From Laetmonice hystrix (taxonomy: Eukaryota), in the NCBI GenBank assembly GCA_965235115.1, contig OZ249436.1, positions 20,090,001-20,154,000 on the forward strand: a stretch of DNA of 64,000 nt. The letters are read 5' to 3'. The notes under the pieces are model-generated. The model worked only from the letters and a program-made list of their open reading frames with translations. It was not told the DNA's origin and ran no database searches. Positions within the stretch are counted from its first letter, which is position 1. Each line of letters begins with the position of its first letter. A program made the translations under genes and the position numbers. Shown here piece after piece: positions 25,650 through 38,117 of the stretch.

Positions 25650-28449
25650 AGATTATATCGTTATGTTCAAATGTTTTGGAGATATGAGCCATTGCAAATA
25701 TGTTTGACCTTGGTTGACCTTTCAATGTCACTCAAGGTCATGGAAATGGCGCCAAATGAAACTTCAGACATCATGTATGTCAATAATAGTATAACTATGG
25801 CGTTATCTTTTCAAGATATGAGCCAAAGCAGTGTCAAAATATACTAACAGTCAGAAGAGAAAATGTGGCGAACCACAGTGGCGGAATAACTATATCCTAA
25901 TGATAATGGAATCATTTCAGATTATCATGTCTACCTGGGCTCAGCCCGTCTTTCACGAGGAGCATGCAGCTCCTATCAGTATACAATGTAGGCCTTGAGC
26001 ATACAAACATAATATCATCGTCTGCAAATGATGTATTACCGTCTATACCGGATAATTTTCGTTAGGAATGCTGACCCTATGTCTTTGAGCATCCCATTTT
26101 CAATTACTGTATCAGAATACACAGATCGTTGAAAGTTGATATCTCTATTAGAGTACATTTCAACCGAAAGTTCTACTGTCATCATGGGACTATACATGCA
26201 TGCACGTATAGTATGTTATGCATGCATGGTGGTTACAATAAGACATGTCGAAATGCCATATTTCCCTGCAATATGGTATTGAGGGATTATCGTCAGAAGC
26301 CGTCAGGGGCCTGGTCTACTGGGAGCACGCGTCATGAGCCATCCAGCTGCCGGGGGTCCGGGTGGGTGAGCAACCGCCCGCGGACATGGCGCCTCCCGTC
26401 CCTCCGGCCTCCACTGGTTATTGTTCCCGCCTCATCCAAACGTCTGGCCAGGGATCAGGCCTGCTGCATCCGCTGTCAGAGTCCAGCATAGAAACAGAAA
26501 CCTCAATGTTGAATTTGTAACCTCCTATACATGACGGTTGTGGGAATGTCTTTACAGATATATTTGTAGTAATAAATCCTGCACTGCCGGACAATCTTTT
26601 CATACATTGCACTTGATGTGGTATTATCTTTCCTGCATGCTTGGTGTGCAGTAAATAGGACTAAACTGACAAGTAACCCTTTTCATGAGGATAAATGGTC
26701 GATGCAATATGTAAACTTGGGTTGCAGTAATATGGGATATGCCTGTTCATTGGATAACTTACGACGTACATTGCTTGGCGTATCATTGTCCAAGTAGGAC
26801 ATGTAACAGTAGATCTATACATAAATAATGCAGAAACATAATTTAGAACGGCTAGAGTAATTGAAGGCAACATACATTTTCTATAAGAACCATGCATCAT
26901 CGCACAAAAGGGTATCACTTCCCCTCGCGAAGCGGATTGGCAACATGAGACCGTTTTTATAATATCATTTAAACATTGCCGAGAGGAAACATATACATAC
27001 TCTATTACCATGTTCTCTATTTCCTATATCTTCTTTTGTTCGATATTTTCACGAAACTGGTCAGTGAATGAGATATCTCAGTTTGCTTTTACACAATGTG
27101 ACCGAACGATTTTCAATTAACCCCTACTACAAAGTGAAGTTAAAGGGAATCCATTACATCAGCATTTTCAGAGATAACCTGTCCTATCTGCACAAAGATA
27201 TATCATATTACAACGATCTACCTCATTATGTGTCGGTTTACCTCTAACAATAGTGAAACTGGACGAGCAAACGTGCCATTCGTCGCTTGAACGGTGGAAA
27301 ATGCGATCGCGTTTACATTCCTGCCCGCGAGCAATACTGTCAAAACCGAAACCAAGCATGGTCCCGATGTAACCGGTTTTCATGTATGCGGGCTACAATT
27401 AAGACGATATTCTGGCATCTGGCCTGATTTGAATTTGCAAACATGCAGATAGCTATATCGGAAATATAGTTGGAGTGTTTCTAACATGTATAGGCTAATG
27501 TTCCCTTTAATAATATTAACATATAAATTCAGCGGATAGGGAATGATTGTATATTCACAGAGGGGCTATAGGGGTTGGCTTATTTCCCACTTGAGTATTA
27601 TAATAATAACTTTTATATGTCCATAATATTTTTCTTCATTGCGTTACTCTGTAATATGCATGCATATCGAGGCAATCAAGCGTCCACGTGTGGATGGGTA
27701 GCCGTTAATACGTTAATTACAAAACGGTGTCATACCTGCTGCTTGCAGCCACATCCCCTCCCAGGTGTAATCCATTAATTCTGGTCGCATTAATCACCAG
27801 TTCACGTTCGGGTTGGCCCAGAACAAGACCACGGCCCGTGTTTTGTCGCGTTTTGCATGCGTCTCATCTGCAGGCACGTGCCCCACGCCACAGGAGGTCG
27901 GTCACCTCAGGCCGTATACCTAACACTCCATTTCTTCCGGGAATTAAAACGTTGCTGGCTGGAATCAGGGTTAAGCCGCGCTGAACCCAATAGATTCATT
28001 ATCAACTGCAATTAAGTCGGCGACAGACAGGGTTAGTGGCGCCGGCTGAACCTGAGCCTATAGCCATGTCCCCGAATGACAATTTCTATTTTTAAAAAGG
28101 GAATGTATAGTTCTATATCTTTCCTATTTTTAAAATAAGTATCTTTGCGGCCCTCTCCAAAAGACGACATGAGGTTGTAGAGGAAGAAAAACATCAACGT
28201 TTCGAAAACATAAAAAAATGTGATTGTTGCGTTTTTTAAATACAAAAATTAGCTTTCACGCACCCTGTATGTATGTACACTGATACATCTTTAACGGAGG
28301 AAAATCAATTTCCGCTTTAAATGACATACAAGTTTTCTTAAATAAAAACTTTTGATTCACTAGTTGAAGAACGAAGAGTATGGCAAGTCTCAAACTATAG
28401 GCTACTTTTTGTCAGACTCGCCCCGCCCCCCAACCGGGGGAAGGCGACG

Positions 28450-28540
28450 GTCGCGTGCCGACAGCTGCTCCGACCCGGTTGAAAGAAAAGAATTTTCACA
28501 CCAGGGTTCCTCCAAGATTACCTCTGCATGGAGTATAAGA
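28450..28540 (+). promoter_or_regulatory. Proximal promoter of the achaete-scute-like gene: Hairy/E(spl)-class site, proneural E-box, TATA
   Basis: gtcgcgtgcc (GGCACGCGAC on -) at 28450-28459; acagctgc (E-box CAGCTG) at 28461-28468; TATAAGA at 28534-28540, about 115 nt before the ATG at 28654. Confidence 0.6.
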
Positions 28541-28653
28541 AACCCAGCTCACGATGGCTGGCACCATTCTGTCCCTGTTCGTCGTCGTTATCATACCTCC
28601 GAGCTTTCCTTTTCCGGACAAAAAAAATCAATTTAGCAGTGCCGCGTCAAACC

Positions 28654-29754
28654 ATGGAGCTCGGGAGATTGTGTTCGGAGAGCGAGTCAGGCGAGAATAT
28701 TACACCTTCTTCAAAACGGCCGCGCAACCGGCACGTGCCTCATCGCGAGCTGCCTGTCGCTGTCGTCGATCTTCGCAACGAGCGCGAGCGACGACGTGTG
28801 AACGCCGTGAACGCTCAGTTCCGGAAACTACAGAAACTTCTACCGAGTCTGAGACTACGGACCCGACGGGTCTCCAAAGAGAAGATCCTTGTGGCGGCAT
28901 TGGATTACATCAAAGGACTGCGGCAGACGATCCAAGAGCACGACGCCTCGGTAGCGGGACACCTGATCCGGGAGACCCGACAGGACAGCGCCACCTACCG
29001 GAGTTTCAATCCCTGCGGAGGTAGAGGACAGCAGTCGGTATCAGATGTACACCACACCTTGGACTGCGGCCTCAATTATACGGCCTCATCGTCGGCTAAC
29101 GATCACCTGCCGAGTCGCGCCGTCCTTCAAGGTCATGACCTCCACCAGCAGACGACACTGAGATTCCACCAGTTAAGGGCGCTGGAAGACGCCATGCAGC
29201 CATGTGAAACGTCACACCCCGAGCGTGATTATCGACCTTCATGTCAGGATGGATCAGTACCGTTCACAAAGTACCCGGATCCCTTCAACAGACCGTACAT
29301 GAGAGACATCACACAGTCCATGAACAATGCCGTTAATATACAGGTAAGCTCTATTTACTTTAAAGGTATTTTATATTTCGATCAGTTCAATTACATAGAG
29401 TGAGGCATACTTGAAATACTTAGGCCTAAATGTTTTTTAACGCTATAGATTCGTCAGAACTTTCAATAGAAATGCCAGAACTAAATTTTCTAATCTGTCG
29501 AGATGGTGCGGATGGGTTGAAAATGTAATGACTGGATTATTTCCTAATATGTGGATGTTTTGTTTCTGTTATAGGTTGGCTGCACAAAGCAATCGGTAAC
29601 AGTGCCATCCTTACCAACTTATCCTCAAATCCAGAACTCGTGGACAAATGTCTCTCGCCTGAGATGCCAAAACTCTGATTACGATAACATCCACCAGGGG
29701 GAGTGGTTGTGCTCTGTGACGCGAGAACAGATGACGTGCGAAGATTGGCTCTGA
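28654..29754 (+). CDS. Achaete-scute family bHLH transcription factor (about 289 aa). Exons 28654-29343 and 29575-29754
   Basis: bHLH RNERERRRVNAVNAQFRKLQKLLP...RRVSKEKILVAALDYIKGL preceded by RHVPHRELP; Kozak accATGg; donor cag|gtaagc (phase 0); acceptor tttctgttatag|GTT with an open 60-codon exon ending EDWL*. Confidence 0.85.
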
Positions 29755-31428
29755 TTATAGAACCGATGTGGTCTTAATGCTCAATGACAAACAACGGATT
29801 TAAAACTCTTTAAATCCTACGAGACCATGATAGACAGATGACATTTAAAAGTAAAGACGTAAAGAAGCGTGTTTCCTTCATCGATTGAACACTTAATTAG
29901 GCTATATTGACAGGGAAAATATCAGACTGAGGTCGTGTTGAAATATAGAGGCACACATTTTTAAAGGCCTCGGTGAGAAAGGTCAACAGATTCATTGGTT
30001 TTTCCAGAAGAAATTGGTTGTTGTTTAAGTCAGTAGATTTGTATTTTGTATATTATGCATGACCCGTGTACCGTTGGATTTCATTGGATCGAAATAATGG
30101 TGCAGACTTATATATTTATATAACCATGCAGCTTGTATAGTCTTAAATACATTAAAATGCAACTCTTTTTGATGCATCGAAGCAATATTTAGCCTACGTC
30201 CCACACAACACGCTATACCCATTCCGTTAGATCGTAATCGATCTCTCTATCTTACCCCTAGGTATATGCCTACCTTCCCGTATACATGTACTTGCTGAGG
30301 GCCAGGCCGACCAGCAGTTGTCATAGTATGGGGCACCTTTATAGAAGATATGGGTCATGATTGTGTTAAAATGAGTCACCAAAAGAACGTGAAGAACAAT
30401 ATTAAGATTCAAGAGTGTCATATCACATTACATCAAGTACCTAATTTATTTTTTATGGGGGAGGGGGGCTAAATGATACTCTACTCTCATGTTTAATATT
30501 GCGGGGGGGGGGCATGGCACTCCGGCCCCCTGTCCCGACACCCCTGCATCTGGCCCTGTGTGCTATCGCCATCAACTTGTCGACATACCCCCGGGTGGTG
30601 GGCGCCATCGCCTGCCGGGAGTTCGTTCTGTACCGTCCGCCTGCCGTGAGCTGTCACCGCTGCTACTGCATGATTACAGCCACATTCCTGCTGTAGAACA
30701 ATAGATTTCTAGCTGAAGCCAACCATGGATTATCATAAATCATACAACCAATGATGCGATCAAGATTACACAATAATTAGAATCAACATGTTTTAATGAT
30801 TGTTCCATGTTGTCTTTTAACTGCAAGCACGCACTTGGCATTTGTAAGGTGATTTCATAATTTACCTCATTATGCTTATTATGCCCTAATGAGTAGTCAA
30901 CTCCTTTAGTCTTTATTTTGTCTGATTCTGTTAGCGATAACCTGTTCACGGTATCAATCTGAGAGGGTTATAGCATTGCTAGGAACCACAGAAGGAAGCT
31001 ACAGCCCGCCTGAACCCGAGGGTCCATTAATAGCTGGCTTACACCAAAGTTACCCCTGGGCTGTCCCACCTTCTCTCCACCACCACCGGCACAAACTATA
31101 GCGGGCTGGAAATACCTGCCATCATGTCAGGGTGCCCGCCTCCCACGGCACGTACGCTTGCCGGTCCCGGGGTGAGCAGGGAGCACGTACCGGCCAGGTA
31201 ATGGGCAGACAGTTCCATCATACAGTACATGTATAGATCTACAACCAGCTGACCGGCGTCTGGCAGAGTTGAAATGGAGGACATCACATGTCAACGGGCT
31301 GCCAGCCTCCAGACAGGCCATGCACTTCTACTCTAGGAGAACTTCTCATAAGCAGGTCAGCCAGTGACTTTTGTACTTTTTATATAACGTTCCTATATAT
31401 TGGTGGCTGTCCCTCTCGAGGGACTGGG

Positions 31429-31590
31429 CAGGGGCGGATCGAGATGTTTGGGAAGGGGGGGGGGGTTAGAGGGAGAACTTGCCTTCAGCAGGGTCAATTC
31501 AGAAAGTTCTGTGGGCGAAAAAGAAATATCGGTTGCCAAGGTGGGGGGGGGGGGGGGGGTAAACCCCCTAACCCCCCAGAGCCGTCACTG
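31429..31590. mobile_element. Small CAG-ended MITE with 5-bp TSD
   Basis: Ends caggggcggatc...gagccgtcactg (imperfect TIR), flanked by ctggg on both sides; poly-G interior. Confidence 0.6.
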
Positions 31591-31705
31591 CTGGGGGTGA
31601 CTGAGACCTGGTTCTTCTGACAAAGCTGAAGTAGATGTTAAAGATGATATGCTGCATATGGTACTCTGGCGGAACCCATCTTCAAAATATGTTACACGGT
31701 AACGG

Positions 31706-32545
31706 AATGTGTGTACATACCGCACGTACGTGTCCTGTTATAGATTCTATAGTGACTTATCGGATCAGATACAATGTGTGTACATACCGCGCGTACGCGT
31801 CCTGTTATAGATTCTATAGTGACTTACCGGATCAGATACAATGTGTGTACATACCGCGCGTACGCGTCCTGTTATAGATTCTATAGTGACTTATCGGATC
31901 AGATACAATGTGTGTACATACTGCGCGTACGTGTCCTTTTATAGATACTAGTGACTTACCGGATCAGATCAGATCCTTTTATAGATTCTATAGAGTGACT
32001 TATCGGATCAGATACAATGTGTGTACATACCGCACGTACGCGTCCTTTTATAGATTAGTGACTTATCAGATCAGATACAATGTGTGTACATACCGCGCGT
32101 ACCTAGTGACTTATATCGGATCAGATACAATGTGTGTACATACCGCGCGTACCTAGTGACTTATTGGATCAGATACAATGTGTGTACATACCGCGCGTAC
32201 CTAGTGACTTATCGGATCAGATACAATGTGTGTACATACCGCGCGTACCTAGTGACTTATCGGATCAGATACAATGTGTGTACATACCGCGCGTACCTAG
32301 TGACTTATCGGATCAGATACAATGTGTGTACATACCGCGCGTACCTAGTGACTAATATCGGATCAGATACAATGTGTGTACATACCGCGCGTACGTGTCC
32401 TGTTATAGATTCTATAGTGACTTACCGGATCAGATACAATGTGTGTACATACCGCGCGTACGTGTCCTTTTATAGATTCTATAGTGACTTATCGGATCAG
32501 ATACAATGTAATATTTTTTATTTTTATAGTGACTTATCGGATCCG
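31706..32545. repeat. Dimorphic minisatellite with 67-bp and 48-bp units (about 14 units)
   Basis: aatgtgtgtacataccgcgcgtac[gcgtcctgttatagattcta or c]tagtgacttatcggatcagatac; period 67 at the edges and about 48 in the centre. Confidence 0.95.
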
Positions 32546-33604
32546 ATACGTGGGAGGCGTGCTGTGAACATGTATTATAGAGATTTTGGGTCTATTACTT
32601 GGCCATATCGAATAACAGGCTGCTGATATAGAAAAAAATGTACTACATCAATTAGATATATTATATCACAAAAACCATTGGGTCCTATAGCCTACATGTA
32701 CTAGAGGATCATGAGATGAGATTGGCCGCCGATATCGGTCCCGAGAAAAATATGCCAGACATAAATATACCTGGATGTGGCCGTGGGGTGGGGGTGGGGG
32801 CGGTTGGTGTACTTAGCTCGGGTTAAGGTTGGTGTACTTAGCTCGGGTTAACTGGGTAACTGGTAGAAATTCTCACCGACAACTGTAGGGTGATCGACTT
32901 CCCGCCACCAGGGTGACTATAATGGTCAAGGCTGGGGGTGCTACACTCCGGACTCCCAGACTTGTAATGGTCTGAGAGACACATAATTCATTTAAGATAT
33001 TCCGGCATATTTAGTGCTCAACAGTCGGAATTTACCCGAGCGTATTATTTGTCGGCAGCGATAAGGCCATCTTCATGACAGATCCACGTGTTGCACTAAT
33101 TTCCATCGAAATAAGAGCTCGGTAGAGTGTTCAGTGTTATAGGCCAACAGGCCTACAGGTGCTATGTGCGGTACCATTTTTAGACTCATAACATCCAGTA
33201 ATTGTACGGATGAGAAGTTTGTCGTCATGCTCCACCGTATTTAATGATTATTATACAAGTAATCAGTGTAGCGAATACCATTTAATTGTTCCAAGAGATT
33301 ACAGGACCCATCCACTGTGTTACAAAATGTCATACTTGCCTTCGTTACAACCTACATCAAAGCGACTGAAGCACAACGTTCATTTCCAGTTTATCTGTCT
33401 TCATTTTCCATAAGTTAGATATTCTGTATAAATGTGCAGAGAAACGCAGTCATGACTGCGTCATGTCGATTGGGAGCATGTGTACATACGGGGCCCAGAT
33501 ACTCCTCAACATTTGCCTCACTTTCTTTATTTATCTTTAATAATGAGTAACACTATGTTCCTTTCTGCTCTTTTGTTTCCGTTTCCTCCCCGTTTATTTC
33601 GTTT

Positions 33605-33605
<1 letters not shown>

Positions 33606-33677
<72 letters not shown>
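33606..33677. repeat. (CT)n microsatellite
   Basis: About 35 CT dinucleotides. Confidence 0.97.
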
Positions 33678-33680
<3 letters not shown>

Positions 33681-34650
33681 TTCCCTCTCCTTGACAAAGG
33701 GGTGTGTTTGATCGGGGTATAGACTCTCAGAAAGTATGAGCTGATAACGGGACTGTTTTTTTTCATTACTCCACTGTAGATGACGGTCAATGTATGATTG
33801 TGACATGCAATTGTATGTATTTATGATGGACCGCCATGGTCCACACGGTCCACGCTGTCCCAGCTGTTGGAGTATGCCCACTACAGCAGCTGCCCCAACT
33901 GTTTGGAGCACTCACAGTCCATGTGTCCTGTATACACACTCAGATACTTGAACATAGGCCTACACGGTTCGGTTTACACGAGGCTGAAATAAATGTTGCT
34001 GTTCAGTGGCAGGGAGAGGGGTATGTAGTATAGTTATGACGGGAATAGCCGAGGAGTAATGCAATATTCTTCAACTCGTGCGACGTCCTAACACCGCTTC
34101 ATCACGCAGGAATAGTCCCCTGAAGTATGGCCCTATAAAGTATATTATGTAAAAGGAATAACTCATTCATTCAGTGATACATGACAAAAAGATTAAATAT
34201 GTTGTGTTCATCTCTCCAATTAAATTTAATTAATTCCAGTCGATCGCTTTCCTTATAGATTTCTTTTTTCAAATGACTTCACTAATTAATACCATAGGTG
34301 TGTGGATATCTACACGGACGGGGTGGAAACACGGTAAAATCGTCCGAGACTGGCCCATGGTTTAGGGAAACAGAAAATGGCCTCGGCGGTTTGTCCTGAG
34401 TCCTCATGCCAGGCTGAAGGATGGAGGGGATAAACAATGAAACGCACGAGATGACATCTGTTAATGTTCATAACCATGTTTCACTGCCTTTGCATGCAGC
34501 ACTATAAAACAAGGCGTATTTATTTGTGTATATTTATAGACCTTCTTATGTCGGTGTAGGAGACTCAATTTTAACCTGGGGCACGATGGCTGGAAGAGCT
34601 TTTCCATACCGTCGTAACATACGTCAACACCCCGCCGTATGTTCTCACGG

Positions 34651-34812
34651 AGGTCTTGGCGAATCACCCCTCCTCACGATCGGCGTGTATAGAGGGCCCG
34701 TTACCTGGGGTCTGGTCTGGTCTACAGTAGGTCTTGGCGAATCACCCCCCCCCCCCCCACGATCGGCCGTGTATAGAGGGCCCGTTACCTGGGGTCTGGT
34801 CTGGTCTACAGT
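34651..34812. repeat. Tandem duplication of about 80 bp
   Basis: aggtcttggcgaatcacccc...gtgtatagagggcccgttacctggggtctggtctggtctacagt occurs twice. Confidence 0.9.
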
Positions 34813-35843
34813 CTGAGATTGTCTGTCCACAGACTGCCGATCCAGCCACAGAAAGCGGCCACAGACTCTATAAACCAACAAGGTTTTACGGCCTTCTGTC
34901 TTAGGTTTGGTTGTGTCGGGCTCCATCCAGATGGGTCACCTCGTCCACCTCGACACCCCTGCACACCTAGACACGCTAAAGAAACGAATGATTGGAAAAA
35001 ATTAAACAAATAGCGGCAAAGAGCAGCTATTTTCATACTACCATGCATGTGTGAAAATACAAGAGAGGGCTACAATAATGTTATGCCATGGAGTTCTTTT
35101 TAATGTTGTGTACGTACGCGTTTATTCCATGATGCTACATTTACATTTGTCTTTCGGACTATGCTTTTATACATGACGAAAAAAGTCTGACTAAATGCTA
35201 CAGTAAAAATGTTTTAAACGCTATATGAAAATATATTAGGACTAGAATCTACACATTTGCGAGATACAATAGCTTCCACTGATAAACTATAAAAATGCTC
35301 TACGGAATCAGTAAAAAACCCTTGATGTGAAGAAAAGGTGTTGTGTTAACGTCTGGTAACCGTAGAAGTGTTTCCAATGGAATAAACGTTGGGCCCGAGT
35401 TACGGAAGTGGAAAATAACATCTCGGCTGCCACCAAACCTGACACCGGATCTGTCTCACTCGGGAGTCCTAACCTTGTTGCCGGGCGCTAGTGTTTCGCC
35501 ATGCCTGAGATAAATACAGCCAAACGACTAGGAAGGTCGATCATATCAGATAGCCCACTTTAGACAAACCATGCAATAGACGGCCCCTAAAAGATAAGCT
35601 GGACAACAGGAACCCGTTCCTCCAGAGCGCAGGGCAAAGGGGATTGTGTATAGTTCATGGGGTTACACTGTATACTCTATATGCACGCCGGTCCCGACCA
35701 CTGTAATGAAGTTTCTCGGCACAGGAACAGAAACCAATCACTATACTTCAGTTACAGTGCAGCTCGGAGCAGGAAGGTGTTCCTCATTTTCTGTCTACAG
35801 GTTCACCGCTTACAGAGCTTGTGAAACATATCAAGCTGCACTC

Positions 35844-37985
35844 ATGTAAGCTCACAGATTTTCGGGTTACCTTTTCCTTTGTGTCATATGTTTTCAAATA
35901 CTGTTTCTGTATATAGTTGTATGGTTGTGGAATACTTGCAGGGCTGCAGTGGTAAGTGACGGGGACGAATTGGAAGCTGCAGGTATGGATGTCGAGGAAG
36001 AACCTTCCCTGGGTCCGGTGCTGACAACCACCGCATACCAAGCGTTGGTTCTACAAGGAATGCAAGACTTGCGCACTGAAGGTCTGCTCTGTGACTACAC
36101 TCTGATCGCTGACGACTGCCGTTTCCGAGTTCACAAAACATTGCTCGCCTCTGTGTGCGACTACTTTCGGGCGGTTTTCCGATCAGGCATGCTTGAAGTT
36201 CACAAGGATTTCATGGAACTCAAGGGTGTTTCAGCAGCAGGTTTACATGGAGTCCTAGACTTCATCTACACTGGTGAACTCTCTCTGAACAGAGAAAACG
36301 CATTGGATGTCTTTTCAACAGCTAACCATCTTCAAATAGAGCCAGTAATAAAGGCATGCACTCGGTTCCTGATAAGCAGTTTGAATATGGAAAACATTAA
36401 AGATATGCAGGTATGTTCCTTATAAGATACGTGTATTCTGTTGTGTACGCGTATAGATTCTATGTCATTGTTTCCACTGTCGGTGTGAACCTCCGAAGTC
36501 CTTCAACCGTTAGTGTACTGATATACAGAAGTCTCTGTAATGTAACATAATCACCTATAAAGGTATATAATCCAATATCTAATATAATCGGTATAATGAA
36601 CCAATTAAGACATAGGCCTAACTATACATTACACCGTTCATTCATTTCGCCTCGCTTTCTTTCAGAGTATAGCTGACGTTTACAATGTGGAAGAACTGAA
36701 GAAAGCCATTCACGATTTTCTCATTGTTAAATTCAACAAGTTTTCAAAAACGAACTATTTTAAGCAACTGCCGCTATCTGAAGTCTGCAAACTCATTAAG
36801 GACAATGACCTACGATGCACCTCTGAATTCAAACTCATGAAGATAGTCTTGGAATGGATTAAATATAGCCAGGAAAACCGCGAGCCATTGATTGGCAACA
36901 TTATGAAGTACATACGGCTTGCTTTCATGGCATCTGAGGAGCTTCATTATCTGCTGAAAATGCCTTTTATCCAGAAAAATCGGCATTGCGTTTCGCTTAT
37001 AGAGGAGGCTATGTACTTTAGGGACCATCCAAATGAACAAATCATGCTGGTGTCGCCATCGACAGAAGTACGTAGTGTTGAGTACGTCATTGCCTTCGGC
37101 TGTGCCAAACAACAAACACTACGCAGCTGTATATTGTACGCTGGCGACTGGTGCCAGCTGGACCGAGCTATGGGCCAGCCAAGACCATTTACCAATGCTG
37201 CGGCACAGGTCTATAATAATTTCTTGTTCGTCTGTGGTGGCCAAGCGATTCGGGAACCGACAAGTTCATGTCTTCGATTTAACCCAATCACGTGTAAGTG
37301 GACTACCATCTGCCCCATGAGTAAACCCAGGAGGAACTTCGCTCTGGTGTCTCACGACCTCCATCTGTATGCAATCGGCGGCATCTGTAAAAACCACGAG
37401 GTGACCAACAGCGTCGAGATGTATTCGATAGAACATAACTCGTGGACCGAAGTGTCGCCAATGACGGCCTACTTGGCTGATCTGTCTGCGTGCGCATATA
37501 ACCGCAAGATTTACGTCGCGGGGGGCGTCGACGAAAACTGCTTGCACGTCAACGACTTCCGCATATATAATATCAACTCAGACTCTTGGAAATCGGGACC
37601 AAACATTAGTGAGATTAAATTCAAACCGGTTATATTTGCTAAAGACAACGTTTTGTACGTGTTAGACTTATACCGAACGGAAGGAGCGCCGGCCCATCTC
37701 GAACTTTACGACATGTGCATGCAGCAGTGGACGAACATCACTTTAATGGGGGTGCATTTTTCGCGTGGGTTCAGTGCTGTCATGATAGAGGACTGGATCT
37801 ACTTTGTCGGTCGGAACGATGTGGAGGATGGGGGAAGTAAACGGTACAACATACTGACAGGTATTATCGACAACATCAGGGCATATCCTTGGGAAATTGA
37901 GACACCCCTGTGTGTGAGCCTGAAACTCCCGTATAAGTTCTTAAAGAAAGCCATCATGCGTGAGAACGACTGGAACTACATGTGA
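35844..37985 (+). CDS. Kelch-like BTB-BACK-Kelch protein (putative Cullin3 adaptor), about 580-600 aa. Exons 35844-35845 (AT, inferred), 35942-36410, 36666-37985
   Basis: BTB domain (LCDYTLIAD..FRVHKTLLASVCDYFRAVF..LDFIYTGEL); donor cag|gtatgt at 36411; acceptor tttcag|AGT in frame; BACK region (SEFKLMKIVLEWI) and Kelch blades (LFVCGG, LYAIGG, IYVAGG, VEMY..NSW). An in-frame ATG at 35985 is the fallback start. Paralog identity cannot be assigned. Confidence 0.9.
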
Positions 37986-38117
37986 ATGGGCCTAGCCACT
38001 TAAGTGCCCAGTGCCAACTGGAGCTTTATTACCATAATTATGAAGGTGTAGATTCTTCTGATTAAAATAACTTAGGTAGGAACGGCACACGGATAACAGT
38101 TATAAAAAATTTCTTAA

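Noticed and set aside
28528..28653. Upstream in-frame ATG extending the bHLH ORF, and the read-through to 29403
   Set aside because: The ATG at 28528 lies upstream of the TATA-like box, and the 3' extension runs past a strong gtaag donor.
33444..33461. 18-bp perfect palindrome acgcagtcatgactgcgt
   Set aside because: One such palindrome is not improbable in 64 kb and there is no supporting context.
33527..33911. ORFs with poly-ER tracts
   Set aside because: Produced by the (CT)n microsatellite.
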